From Gaiellaceae bacterium (GTDB lineage Bacteria > Actinomycetota > Thermoleophilia > Gaiellales > Gaiellaceae), in the NCBI GenBank assembly GCA_051986525.1, contig JBPYFE010000108.1, positions 1-42,831 on the forward strand: a DNA stretch of 42,831 bases, in the 5' to 3' direction. This document shows positions 31,276 to 38,419 of the stretch, piece after piece. Position 1 is the stretch's first letter; every line of letters starts with the position of its first letter. The translations under genes and the position numbers were made by a program. The notes beneath the pieces were generated by a model, which worked only from the letters and a program-made list of their open reading frames with translations, had not been told where the DNA came from and searched no databases.

Positions 31276-32037
31276 CTAGCGCGCCGTCATGCCGCCGTCG
31301 ATCACGAACGCGCTCCCGGTCATGAACGCCGATTCGTCGGAGGCGAGGTAGACCGCGGCGGCGGCGATCTCCTCCGGGAAGCCCTGGCGGCCGATCGGCT
31401 GCCACTCGGGCAGGCTCTCGAGGACGCCTTCGAGGCCGCCCATCCGCTCGGCGTGCGGGTGGTTGATCGGGGTGTCGACCCAACCCGGGCAGAGGCAGTT
31501 GCAGCGGATGTTCCTATCGGCGTAGTCGAGCGCGACCGCCTTCGTCAGCATCAGCACGCCGCCCTTGCTGGCGACGTACGCGGTCAGGAACGGCTCGGCG
31601 ACGAGGCTGTTGACGGAACCGGTGTTCACGATCGAGCCGCCGCCCGCGTCGAGCAGCGCGGGCACCGCGTACTTGCAGCCGAGGAAGACGCCGCGCAGGT
31701 TGACCGCGATCGTGCCGTCGAAGTCCTCGACCGAGACTTCGGTGACGTCGCCCGGGATCGAGATCGCGGCGTTGTTGCAGATCGTCGTCAGCTTCCCGTA
31801 GCGCCCGACTGCGGCGGCGACGAGCTGCTCGACCTGCTCGGGCTGCGAGACGTCGACCTGCCGGTGGGCGACGTCGCCGTGCTCGCGCGCGAGCTCGGCG
31901 GTCTCGCCTGCGCGCTCCTCGTCGATGTCGGCGGCGACGACCTGCGCGCCCTCGCGCGCGAGGGCGACGACCATCGCGCGCCCGATCCCGCCGCCGGCGC
32001 CGGTGACGATCGCGACCTTTCCGTCCAGCCGTCCCAC
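31276..32037 (-). CDS. SDR family oxidoreductase (classical short-chain dehydrogenase)
   Basis: 253-aa ORF. Motifs are TGAGGGIGRA (cofactor binding), NNAA and YVASKGG (catalytic YxxxK). Confidence 0.9.
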   Translation of the reverse strand: MGRLDGKVAIVTGAGGGIGRAMVVALAREGAQVVAADIDEERAGETAELAREHGDVAHRQVDVSQPEQVEQLVAAAVGRYGKLTTICNNAAISIPGDVTEVSVEDFDGTIAVNLRGVFLGCKYAVPALLDAGGGSIVNTGSVNSLVAEPFLTAYVASKGGVLMLTKAVALDYADRNIRCNCLCPGWVDTPINHPHAERMGGLEGVLESLPEWQPIGRQGFPEEIAAAAVYLASDESAFMTGSAFVIDGGMTAR

Positions 32038-32066
32038 GCGCCGATTCTGTCAGGCCCTCGCCGGAC

Positions 32067-32636
32067 TCAGGCGTGTTCGGAGCCCTCGCCGGGCTCGGCC
32101 CGCTCGAACTCGACCATCAGCCGCCGCAGGAGCGCGTTCAGCTGGCGCTTCTCGGCTTCCGTCAGCGCCGCGGCCACGAGCGACTCCTTCTTCGCCTGGA
32201 CGTCGACCGTCTCCTCGTAGAGCCGGCGGCCCTTGTCCGTCAGCTCGACGAGGACTCCCCGCCGGTCGCCCGGATCCGGCAGCCGGTGCAGAAGGCCGGC
32301 CTGCTCCATGCGGTCGAGCCTGTTCGTCATCGCGCCGCTCGAGAGCTCCATCATCCGCGCGAGTTTCCCGGGCGAGCTGCGAAAGACGCCGCCGCTATCG
32401 CCCTCGGCCGTCGATCCCCAGGGCGCCTGGCGCGAGAGAAGCCCGAGCAGCCTCCACTCGGAGTTGTCGAGCCCGAACTCCGCCAGCGTCTCGTCGAGTG
32501 CGCGGCGGAATCTGCGGCTGAGGCCACCGATGCGATCGACGATCCCTTCCACCTCGAGGTCGACCATCGGCAGGGCCTCGCGAATCGAGTCGAGAAACGA
32601 GTCCACGTGGTCGCGCTCGGCGGTCGTCTTGGCCAC
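32067..32636 (-). CDS. MarR family transcriptional regulator
   Basis: 189-aa ORF with GTG at 32636. The winged-helix region is SSPGKLARMMELSSGAMTNRLDRMEQAGLLHRLPDPGDRRGVLVELTDKGR. The promoter geometry suggests a leaderless mRNA. Confidence 0.85.
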   Translation of the reverse strand: MAKTTAERDHVDSFLDSIREALPMVDLEVEGIVDRIGGLSRRFRRALDETLAEFGLDNSEWRLLGLLSRQAPWGSTAEGDSGGVFRSSPGKLARMMELSSGAMTNRLDRMEQAGLLHRLPDPGDRRGVLVELTDKGRRLYEETVDVQAKKESLVAAALTEAEKRQLNALLRRLMVEFERAEPGEGSEHA

Positions 32637-32735
32637 GCACCCATCTTAATGTAAATCTTCTTGACGTCAAGATAGTAAGCCTATAATCTCTCGACATCGA
32701 GTAATTTGAGGTGAAGGAGCAAAGAGGAGGAGCGC
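32637..32735. promoter_or_regulatory. AT-rich divergent promoter/operator region containing a perfect 14-bp palindrome
   Basis: The palindrome TCTTGACGTCAAGA sits at 32659-32672. Plus strand: TTGACG (32661-32666), TATAAT (32682-32687) and SD AGGAGG (32725-32730) before ATG 32736. Minus strand: TTGACG (complement of 32665-32670), a 16-nt spacer, then TAAGAT (complement of 32643-32648), which ends 6 nt before the MarR GTG. A second inverted repeat, CTCGAcaTCGAG, is at about 32690-32701. Confidence 0.7.
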
Positions 32736-32918
32736 ATGTACGACGTCGAGACCCGCTTGCTGCTCGCCCGCGAGCACACCGAGACTCTGAAAACGCCGGT
32801 CGCCGAGCCCCGCCACGCCGCCGACCCGGCCAGGCGCTGGCTCGCAGCCCGGCTCATCGCCGCCGGCCGTCGCGTCGAGCCCGATTGCCGGCCGCGTCCG
32901 GCGATCCGCGCGTCCTGA
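32736..32918 (+). CDS. Small hypothetical protein (60 aa)
   Basis: ATG 32736 follows a strong SD with 5-nt spacing and a consensus-like promoter. GC3 is high. The gene is followed immediately by a strong hairpin. Sequence begins MYDVETRLLLAREHTETLK... Confidence 0.6.
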   Translation: MYDVETRLLLAREHTETLKTPVAEPRHAADPARRWLAARLIAAGRRVEPDCRPRPAIRAS

Positions 32919-32949
32919 GCGGCGGCGCGCTCTCTGCGCGCCGCCGCTC
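32917..32949. terminator. GC-rich hairpin between convergent genes (candidate bidirectional terminator)
   Basis: GAGCGGCGGCGCGC-tctct-GCGCGCCGCCGCTC gives a 14-bp perfect stem with a 5-nt loop. It overlaps the TGA of the small ORF and ends 9 nt before the stop of the convergent secreted-protein gene. There is no U-tract. Confidence 0.6.
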
Positions 32950-32957
32950 GGCCGCTG

Positions 32958-34082
32958 CTACGGAGCCGCGGGCGGCTCGACGATTCGGAACGCCGACCAC
33001 GGGATCCCTGAGACGAGATTCCGCGTGATCGAGCTGTCCCAACCGGCCGTGCGCCGGTCCTCGAGGTAGATCTTCGGCGACCCCGAGTTGTCGATCAGAT
33101 ACATGCCGTACGTCTGCAGCGCGTTCGCGATCACCTTCGCCGCGGGCGAGAGGCCCCACTTCGTGAAGTCGGCGTCGGTGAGCGACGGATCGAGCTGGAT
33201 CCGGGTGCCCTCGGGCGGCCCGGTGCCGCTTCCGTCCGACTTCGAGGCCGGATAGACGAAGCTGCTCGACGGGCTGCTGAACGCGAACGCGAGCGCGTGG
33301 TCGATGTGACCCTGCGCGATCTCCCACGGCCGCACGAGCCCGGCGAAGTACGGCGTTCCGGCGCCGCGGCCGGAGCCGCCGTCCGCGAAGCGTCCGTAGT
33401 AGCCGGCGCCCGTGTGGTAGCGGTAGCCGTTCGTGGCGTGGTAGACGCCCGACGAATCCGGGCCGCTGAACTGCCAGAAGCCGTACTCGACTCCGGTCGA
33501 CGGGTCCCAGAGGTTCAGCTGTCCATCGGTTCCGGTGCCGGCGACCGCTCCGGACGGGATCGGGATGTCAGTGATCGTCGGCGCGGTCCCGTGACCCACG
33601 CGAGAGCTGTCGCCCGAGTCGTAGGTCGAGTAGTAGCCGCTGAACTTGACCGTTTGGAGCGGCGTCGACGCGTCGAACTTGTAGAGCGGGATCGTGTACT
33701 GATCCGGATCGCTCGAGAACGCGCCCGTCGCCGCGATCGTCGACATCCACGCCGCGGAGTTCGGGCTCACCGTCGGGCTGGCCCCGATCGGCGTGTTCCA
33801 CGGCGACTTCGGGTCGTACGGGACGTCGCCCGCCGCGGGCGGGGGTGGCGGCGGCGATGCAGACGTCGTCGTTCCGCCGACCGTCTCCGTCACGGTCGGG
33901 ACGGTCACGGTCTGTGTGAACGTCTGCGCCGGAACGGAGAGCGTCGCGACCGTCGAGGTCGCGGGAACGGTGTACGTGTACGTCTGCGTGGTGGGTGAGC
34001 TGCCGACGGCGAAGACCGCGGTCGCGGCGCCGCCGGCGACGATGGCCGCGCTGAGGCAGGCGATGACTAAGCGTCGCTTCAT
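32958..34082 (-). CDS. Secreted protein with a Thr/Pro-rich linker and an uncharacterised C-terminal domain
   Basis: This is the real part of ORF 32958-34166. ATG 34082 is preceded by AAGGAGG. The signal peptide is MKRRLVIACLSAAIVAGGAATAVFA. A T-rich segment and PPPPPP are followed by a ~270-aa domain (GHIDHALAFAF...YPASKSDG...RIQLDPS...YGMYLIDNSG). Confidence 0.7.
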   Translation of the reverse strand: MKRRLVIACLSAAIVAGGAATAVFAVGSSPTTQTYTYTVPATSTVATLSVPAQTFTQTVTVPTVTETVGGTTTSASPPPPPPAAGDVPYDPKSPWNTPIGASPTVSPNSAAWMSTIAATGAFSSDPDQYTIPLYKFDASTPLQTVKFSGYYSTYDSGDSSRVGHGTAPTITDIPIPSGAVAGTGTDGQLNLWDPSTGVEYGFWQFSGPDSSGVYHATNGYRYHTGAGYYGRFADGGSGRGAGTPYFAGLVRPWEIAQGHIDHALAFAFSSPSSSFVYPASKSDGSGTGPPEGTRIQLDPSLTDADFTKWGLSPAAKVIANALQTYGMYLIDNSGSPKIYLEDRRTAGWDSSITRNLVSGIPWSAFRIVEPPAAP

Positions 34083-34254
34083 GGACCCTCCTTGTCTCTC
34101 TGCCGGCGCGGCCTCCCACAGGCCGGCTATCTCTCGGGCGGGCGAGGTCGCGCGTGACCGCAGCACGCGACGCGCACCACCCGTGTATGTCGGGGACGTT
34201 CAGTTCTTTTCGGTGCGCCCGCGGCTAAACGCGTGCTTTACAAAGCAGACGAGC

Positions 34255-35361
34255 TCAGCCGAAGTCGATCACGCTGCGGATGCCGTCCTGCGCCTCCATC
34301 AGCTCGAAGCCGCGGTTGACGTCGTCCAGGGTGAGCTTGTGCGAGACGAACGGGTCGACGTCGATCTCGCCCGCGAGGTAGAGCTCGACGAACTCGGGCA
34401 CCTGGTCGCGGCCCTTGCAGCCGCCGAACGAGGACCCCGCGACGCGGCGGCCCGTGATCAGGAGCCGGGGCACGATGTCGAGGGTCTCGCCCCGGCCGGC
34501 GACGCCGCAGACGGTGGCGAGGCCCCAGCCCATCCGCGCCGCCTCGACGGCCTGGCGCATGACGCTCACGTTCCCGGTCGCCTCGAACGTGTAGTCGGCG
34601 CCGAAGCCGCCGGTCGACTGGACGATCTGCTCGACGACACCGTCGCCCGCGAGCATCGTCTCGGTCGCGCCCTGCCCGCGCGCGAGCTCAAGCCGCTCCT
34701 CCGAGAGGTCGACGCAGACGATCCGCCCGGCGCCGCGCAGCCGGCAGCCGGCGACGGCGCCCAGGCCGACCATGCCGGCGCCGAAGACGACGCCGGTCGA
34801 GCCAGGCTCGACCTCGGCCGTGTTGATCGCCGCCCCGAGCCCGGTGGAGAGACCGCAGGCAAACAGCGCCGCCCGGTCGAGCGGCGCCTCGGGATTCACC
34901 TTCGCGAGCGCGATCTCCGGCATCACCGCGTACTCGGCGAAGGTGGAGCACCCCATGAAGTGCCGGATCGGCTCGCCGTCGCGGGCCAGGCGCGTCGTCC
35001 CGTCCGGAAGGAAGCCGAGTCCCTGCTGCTCCCGGATCGCGAGGCACAGGTTCGTCCGCTCGTCGAGGCAATGGACGCATTCGCGGCACTGCGGCGAGAA
35101 CAGCGTCACGACGTGATCGCCGGGCGAGACGTCGCGAACGCCGGGCCCCACGCTCTCGACGACGCCGGCGCCTTCGTGCCCGAGCACCGCCGGCGCGTAG
35201 CCCGACGGGTCCGCGCCGGAGGCGGTGTAGAGGTCGGTGTGGCAGACGCCGCAGGCGACGAGCCTGACGAGCACCTCGCGCTCCTTCGGCTCGGCGAGGT
35301 CGAGCTCCTGAACCTCGAGCGGCCGTCCGAACTCCTCGAGCACCGCGGCGCGGATCTTCAC
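34255..35361 (-). CDS. Zn-dependent alcohol dehydrogenase, class III / S-(hydroxymethyl)mycothiol dehydrogenase-like
   Basis: 368-aa ORF with GTG at 35361. Motifs are ACGVCHTDL, GHEGAGVVESVG, the structural-Zn cysteines CRECVHCLDERTNLC, and GAGMVGLG. Confidence 0.85.
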   Translation of the reverse strand: MKIRAAVLEEFGRPLEVQELDLAEPKEREVLVRLVACGVCHTDLYTASGADPSGYAPAVLGHEGAGVVESVGPGVRDVSPGDHVVTLFSPQCRECVHCLDERTNLCLAIREQQGLGFLPDGTTRLARDGEPIRHFMGCSTFAEYAVMPEIALAKVNPEAPLDRAALFACGLSTGLGAAINTAEVEPGSTGVVFGAGMVGLGAVAGCRLRGAGRIVCVDLSEERLELARGQGATETMLAGDGVVEQIVQSTGGFGADYTFEATGNVSVMRQAVEAARMGWGLATVCGVAGRGETLDIVPRLLITGRRVAGSSFGGCKGRDQVPEFVELYLAGEIDVDPFVSHKLTLDDVNRGFELMEAQDGIRSVIDFG

Positions 35362-35388
35362 GCCGCGGACGATACGGGCTTCTGGCGA

Positions 35389-35428
35389 CGACGAGCCGGC
35401 GATCCTTTGGAAGAGCGCCGGCTCGTCG
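35389..35428 (-). terminator. Perfect 13-bp stem hairpin downstream of the 35443-35901 gene
   Basis: CGACGAGCCGGCG (35389-35401) and CGCCGGCTCGTCG (35416-35428) flank a 14-nt loop. The hairpin starts 15 nt after the stop of the secreted-protein gene and lies upstream of the ADH start. There is no U-tract. Confidence 0.55.
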
Positions 35429-35442
35429 ATCGGGTCGTCGGG

Positions 35443-35901
35443 CTACGGCTGGTACTGCTGGTAGAGACGCACGGCCGCGTTCGGGTACCTGTCGCCGAGC
35501 TGGATCCAGAACCCGGGCGAGCCCTGGGGAAGACGGCGGCGGAAGAGCTGCCCGGCCGAGATGCTCGTGTGCTCCGCACCGCCGTTGACGAGAACGGACA
35601 CCTGTGCGTTCCGGGCGACGGGGAAGGTCAGCAGGCGGTGGCCCTCTTCGACGACGTAGTAGTCGTTCGGGACGTCCCGCGAGCCGGTGTCCTCGAACTT
35701 CGCCTGCGCGGCCGCGCGGCCGGTCAGCCACCACGCCGGGTCGAAGCGGATCTCGAAGCCGGCCTTCGTCCGGTGCATCGACTTGATGTGGCCGTAGAAC
35801 ACGCTCTGCGCGCGGCTGTCTGATCCGGACGGCCGCGAGAACGCGAGCGGTGCGGGTGCCAGAACCGCGACCACGGCTGCAATCGCGAGCGCTGACTTCA
35901 T
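35443..35901 (-). CDS. Secreted hypothetical protein (152 aa)
   Basis: This is the real part of ORF 35443-35961. ATG 35901 is preceded by AAGGAG with 7-nt spacing. The signal peptide is MKSALAIAAVVAVLAPAPLAFS. Confidence 0.65.
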   Translation of the reverse strand: MKSALAIAAVVAVLAPAPLAFSRPSGSDSRAQSVFYGHIKSMHRTKAGFEIRFDPAWWLTGRAAAQAKFEDTGSRDVPNDYYVVEEGHRLLTFPVARNAQVSVLVNGGAEHTSISAGQLFRRRLPQGSPGFWIQLGDRYPNAAVRLYQQYQP

Positions 35902-35944
35902 GAGGAGCTCCTTTCGTCGGGGTCGCCTCGACGATCGGCGCAAC

Positions 35945-35973
35945 CGGTAAATCCGCGGCAATGCAGCGGTAAA
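35945..35973 (+). repeat. Direct heptamer repeat CGGTAAA x2 with exactly 22-nt periodicity in the SARP/secreted-gene divergent region
   Basis: CGGTAAA occurs at 35945-35951 and again at 35967-35973. The sequence is AT-rich within a very GC-rich background. Its location is 44-72 nt upstream of ATG 35901 and immediately upstream of the SARP start. Confidence 0.4.
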
Positions 35974-35976
35974 GAC

Positions 35977-37323
35977 GTGAGATCATCGACGTCGGTGGGC
36001 GAGTTTCGCGTCCTCGGGCCGATTGAAGTGGCCGTCGAGGGACGGCTCGTGCCGCTGCCTGCCGGAAAGCCGCGCGCCCTGCTCGCGCTGCTGCTCCTGA
36101 ATCGGAATCGGCCGGTCTCTCCTTCCGAGCTGATCGACGAGCTGTGGGGCGAGGACGTGCCCGAGACGGCCCCGAAGGCGCTCCAGGGGTACGTCTCGCA
36201 GCTCCGGAAGGCGATCGGGAGCGAGCGCCTCACCACCGGCGCGGGCGGGTACTCGCTGCGCGTCGACGAGGACGAGCTTGACCTCGATCGGTTCGAGCAA
36301 TACGTCGCGGCAGGCCGAACGGCGCTCGCGGAGGGCGACGCCGAGGCGGCGATAGGGCAGTTGACCGACGCGCTCGCGCTCTGGCGCGGGCCGCCGTTCG
36401 CGGAGTTCGCGTCGGAGCCCTTCGCGGGGCCCGCGCGCGCCCCCCTCGAGGAGGAGCGCCTGGCGGCGCTCGAGGACCGAACCGACGCCGAGCTCGCGCT
36501 CGGCCGGAACGCCGAGCTCGTCCCGGCGCTCGAGCAGCTCGTGGCCCGCGAGCCGTATCGCGAGCGGCTCCACGGTCAGCTGATGCTCGCCCTCTACCGC
36601 GCGGGAAGGCAGGCGGACGCGCTCGAGCATTACCGCCGCACGCGCATCCGGTTCGTCGACGAGCTCGGGATCGAGCCGAGCCGCGAGCTGCAGGAGCTCG
36701 AGCAGGCGATGCTGCGCCACGACGCCGCCCTCGACCGGCCGCGCCCCCGGAGCGGGGCGGCGCCGGCGCGCCGCAGGTCCCGGCGCTGGGTCGCGCTCGC
36801 CGCGGTCGCGCTGGCCGCCGCCGCGGTCGCGATCGCCGCGGTTGCTCTTTCCGGCGGGCCGGCCGGCAGCTCGGACCGGCCGCTGCGCGCGTTCACGGCC
36901 AAGCTCGAGAACTTCCTGATCCAATCGCGCGACGGGCGGCGTCAGGTCTCGGCCGCCATCGCCCGCGCCAGCCGCTGCAAGCTCGGGCTTCGTACCGCGG
37001 TCGTCCGGCTCGACGCCGTCCAGCGGAATCGCCAGAGCATCCTCCAGCAGATCGCCGCGCTGTCCGTGCCGAGCGACGCCGAGGCGGCGCTGAGCGCCGA
37101 CCGGCTCCAGAAAGCGATTCAGGCCTCGATCGCGGCGGACGGCCACTACCGTGATTGGCTCGCCCTGCGCACGCGGTGCGGCCCGGCCGACCGCAGCCCT
37201 GATCTCCGCGCGGCGCACGCCGCCGACCGCGTGGCGACGAAGGCGAAGCAATCGTTCCTGGCGGCGTTCGACCCGTTGGCGCGCCGCTTCGGCCAGGAGA
37301 CGTGGAGCGCGGCCGAGTTCTAG
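35977..37323 (+). CDS. SARP/AfsR-family transcriptional regulator (winged-helix + BTAD) with a TM helix and a C-terminal extracytoplasmic domain
   Basis: 448-aa ORF. GTG is at 35977, with GTG 35995 as an alternative. Motifs are [17 protein letters not shown] and BTAD ([12 protein letters not shown]...[26 protein letters not shown]). A TM segment ([21 protein letters not shown]) is followed by a ~150-aa domain. Confidence 0.8.
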   Translation: MRSSTSVGEFRVLGPIEVAVEGRLVPLPAGKPRALLALLLLNRNRPVSPSELIDELWGEDVPETAPKALQGYVSQLRKAIGSERLTTGAGGYSLRVDEDELDLDRFEQYVAAGRTALAEGDAEAAIGQLTDALALWRGPPFAEFASEPFAGPARAPLEEERLAALEDRTDAELALGRNAELVPALEQLVAREPYRERLHGQLMLALYRAGRQADALEHYRRTRIRFVDELGIEPSRELQELEQAMLRHDAALDRPRPRSGAAPARRRSRRWVALAAVALAAAAVAIAAVALSGGPAGSSDRPLRAFTAKLENFLIQSRDGRRQVSAAIARASRCKLGLRTAVVRLDAVQRNRQSILQQIAALSVPSDAEAALSADRLQKAIQASIAADGHYRDWLALRTRCGPADRSPDLRAAHAADRVATKAKQSFLAAFDPLARRFGQETWSAAEF

Positions 37324-37379
37324 GGAAGCCGCCGGCGCCGTCGCGCGTTGAGCGCAGGAAACGACAAAAGGGGGGACCG

Positions 37380-37928
37380 ATGAAGATCAGCGTGATCGGT
37401 AGAGGGAACGTCGGCGGCGGCCTGGCCGACCGGTGGGAACGGGCCGGGCACACGGTCGACCGGATCGGGCGGGACGGCGGTGACGCGTCCGACGCGGATG
37501 TCGTCCTTGTCGCGGTGCCGTCGACGCAGATCGCGGACGCGCTTGCGGGCGTGCGCGGGCTCGAGGGCAAGCTCACGATCGACGCGACCAACGCCGGGCA
37601 GGGCCGCGACGAGGGGTTCGAGTCGCTCGCCCACCAGGTGAAGTCGATCGTCGGCGGCCCGACGGCCAAGGCGTTCAACCTCAACTTCGCGAACCAGTAC
37701 GACCGGATCGACGAGCAGCGGGTGCGGCCGAGCAACCTCTTCGCCGCCGAGGACGAGGCCCGGGAGGTCACGGAGCAGCTGAGCCGCGACGCCGGCTACG
37801 ACCCCGTCTACGCCGGCGGGCTCGAGAACGCGCGCATGCTCGAGGATCACCTCGCGCTCCTGTTCGCCGTGAACCGGAACGGACTGGGGCCGTTCTTCTA
37901 TCGCTACGCGCGCGCGGGCGAGCTCTAG
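37380..37928 (+). CDS. NAD(P)-binding oxidoreductase, F420_oxidored (NADP oxidoreductase coenzyme F420-dependent) family
   Basis: This is the real part of ORF 37302-37928. ATG 37380 follows AAAAGGGGGG. It has a Rossmann motif ([14 protein letters not shown]) and VLVAVP. Confidence 0.75.
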   Translation: MKISVIGRGNVGGGLADRWERAGHTVDRIGRDGGDASDADVVLVAVPSTQIADALAGVRGLEGKLTIDATNAGQGRDEGFESLAHQVKSIVGGPTAKAFNLNFANQYDRIDEQRVRPSNLFAAEDEAREVTEQLSRDAGYDPVYAGGLENARMLEDHLALLFAVNRNGLGPFFYRYARAGEL

Positions 37929-37943
37929 CCGTACGATTGCGAC

Positions 37944-38225
37944 ATGTGCAGAAACATCCATACGCTCTTCAACTTCGAGCCCGAGGCGAGCGAGGACGAG
38001 ATCCGCGACGCGTCGCTCCAGTACGTCCGCAAGATCAGCGGCTTTACGAAGCCGTCGCGGGCGAACGAGGAGATCTTCGCGCAGGCGGTCGAGGAGGTCG
38101 CGGCTGCGACCCGCCGCCTCGTCGACGGGCTCGTCACGAACGCGCCGCCGAAGGATCGCGAGCTCGAAGCAGCCCGCGCCCGCGAGCGCGCGGCGAAGCG
38201 CTTCGCGACCGTTCCGGCTGGCTAA
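37944..38225 (+). CDS. DUF2277 family protein
   Basis: 93-aa ORF. The N-terminus (MCRNIHTLFNFEPEASEDEIRDASLQYVRKISG) matches the DUF2277 pattern I recognise from actinobacteria. Confidence 0.75.
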   Translation: MCRNIHTLFNFEPEASEDEIRDASLQYVRKISGFTKPSRANEEIFAQAVEEVAAATRRLVDGLVTNAPPKDRELEAARARERAAKRFATVPAG

Positions 38226-38315
38226 AGCCCGGCGCCGTCTCCGCCGACGACACGGACGACCGTGGAATTCATTCGCGGTCCGATTCGTTGGAACAAACGT
38301 AGGGAGGTGACGATC

Positions 38316-38399
38316 TTGGAAGGTGCAATCTTGGTCGGCGTGTTCGTCCTGCTGGTCGGGCCGCTGTCCGTCTTCTTCGGCGCGGACTCGCGCCTGTAG
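38316..38399 (+). CDS. Candidate micro-protein (27 aa, single TM helix) upstream of the ABC transporter
   Basis: It is not in the ORF track because it is too short. SD GGAGGTGA (38303-38310) is followed by TTG 38316, with in-frame GTG 38307 as an alternative. The product is (M)EGAILVGVFVLLVGPLSVFFGADSRL and the stop is TAG 38397-38399. GC3 is high after the first codons. Confidence 0.35.
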   Translation: MEGAILVGVFVLLVGPLSVFFGADSRL

Positions 38400-38419
38400 C
38401 AGCGGTTTACGATCGCCGG

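Noticed and set aside
29346-31325. A 659-aa plus-strand ORF opposite the second MFS-cNMP gene.
   Set aside because: The reasoning is the same: a shadow ORF with a highly charged, repetitive translation, while the minus-strand protein has 12 TM helices and a cNMP domain.
34083-34254. The largest intergenic region considered as a riboswitch or small RNA gene.
   Set aside because: It contains only short hairpins and palindromes plus a strong SD for the downstream secreted-protein gene. I recognise no conserved riboswitch core. It is better explained as terminator plus promoter/5' UTR.
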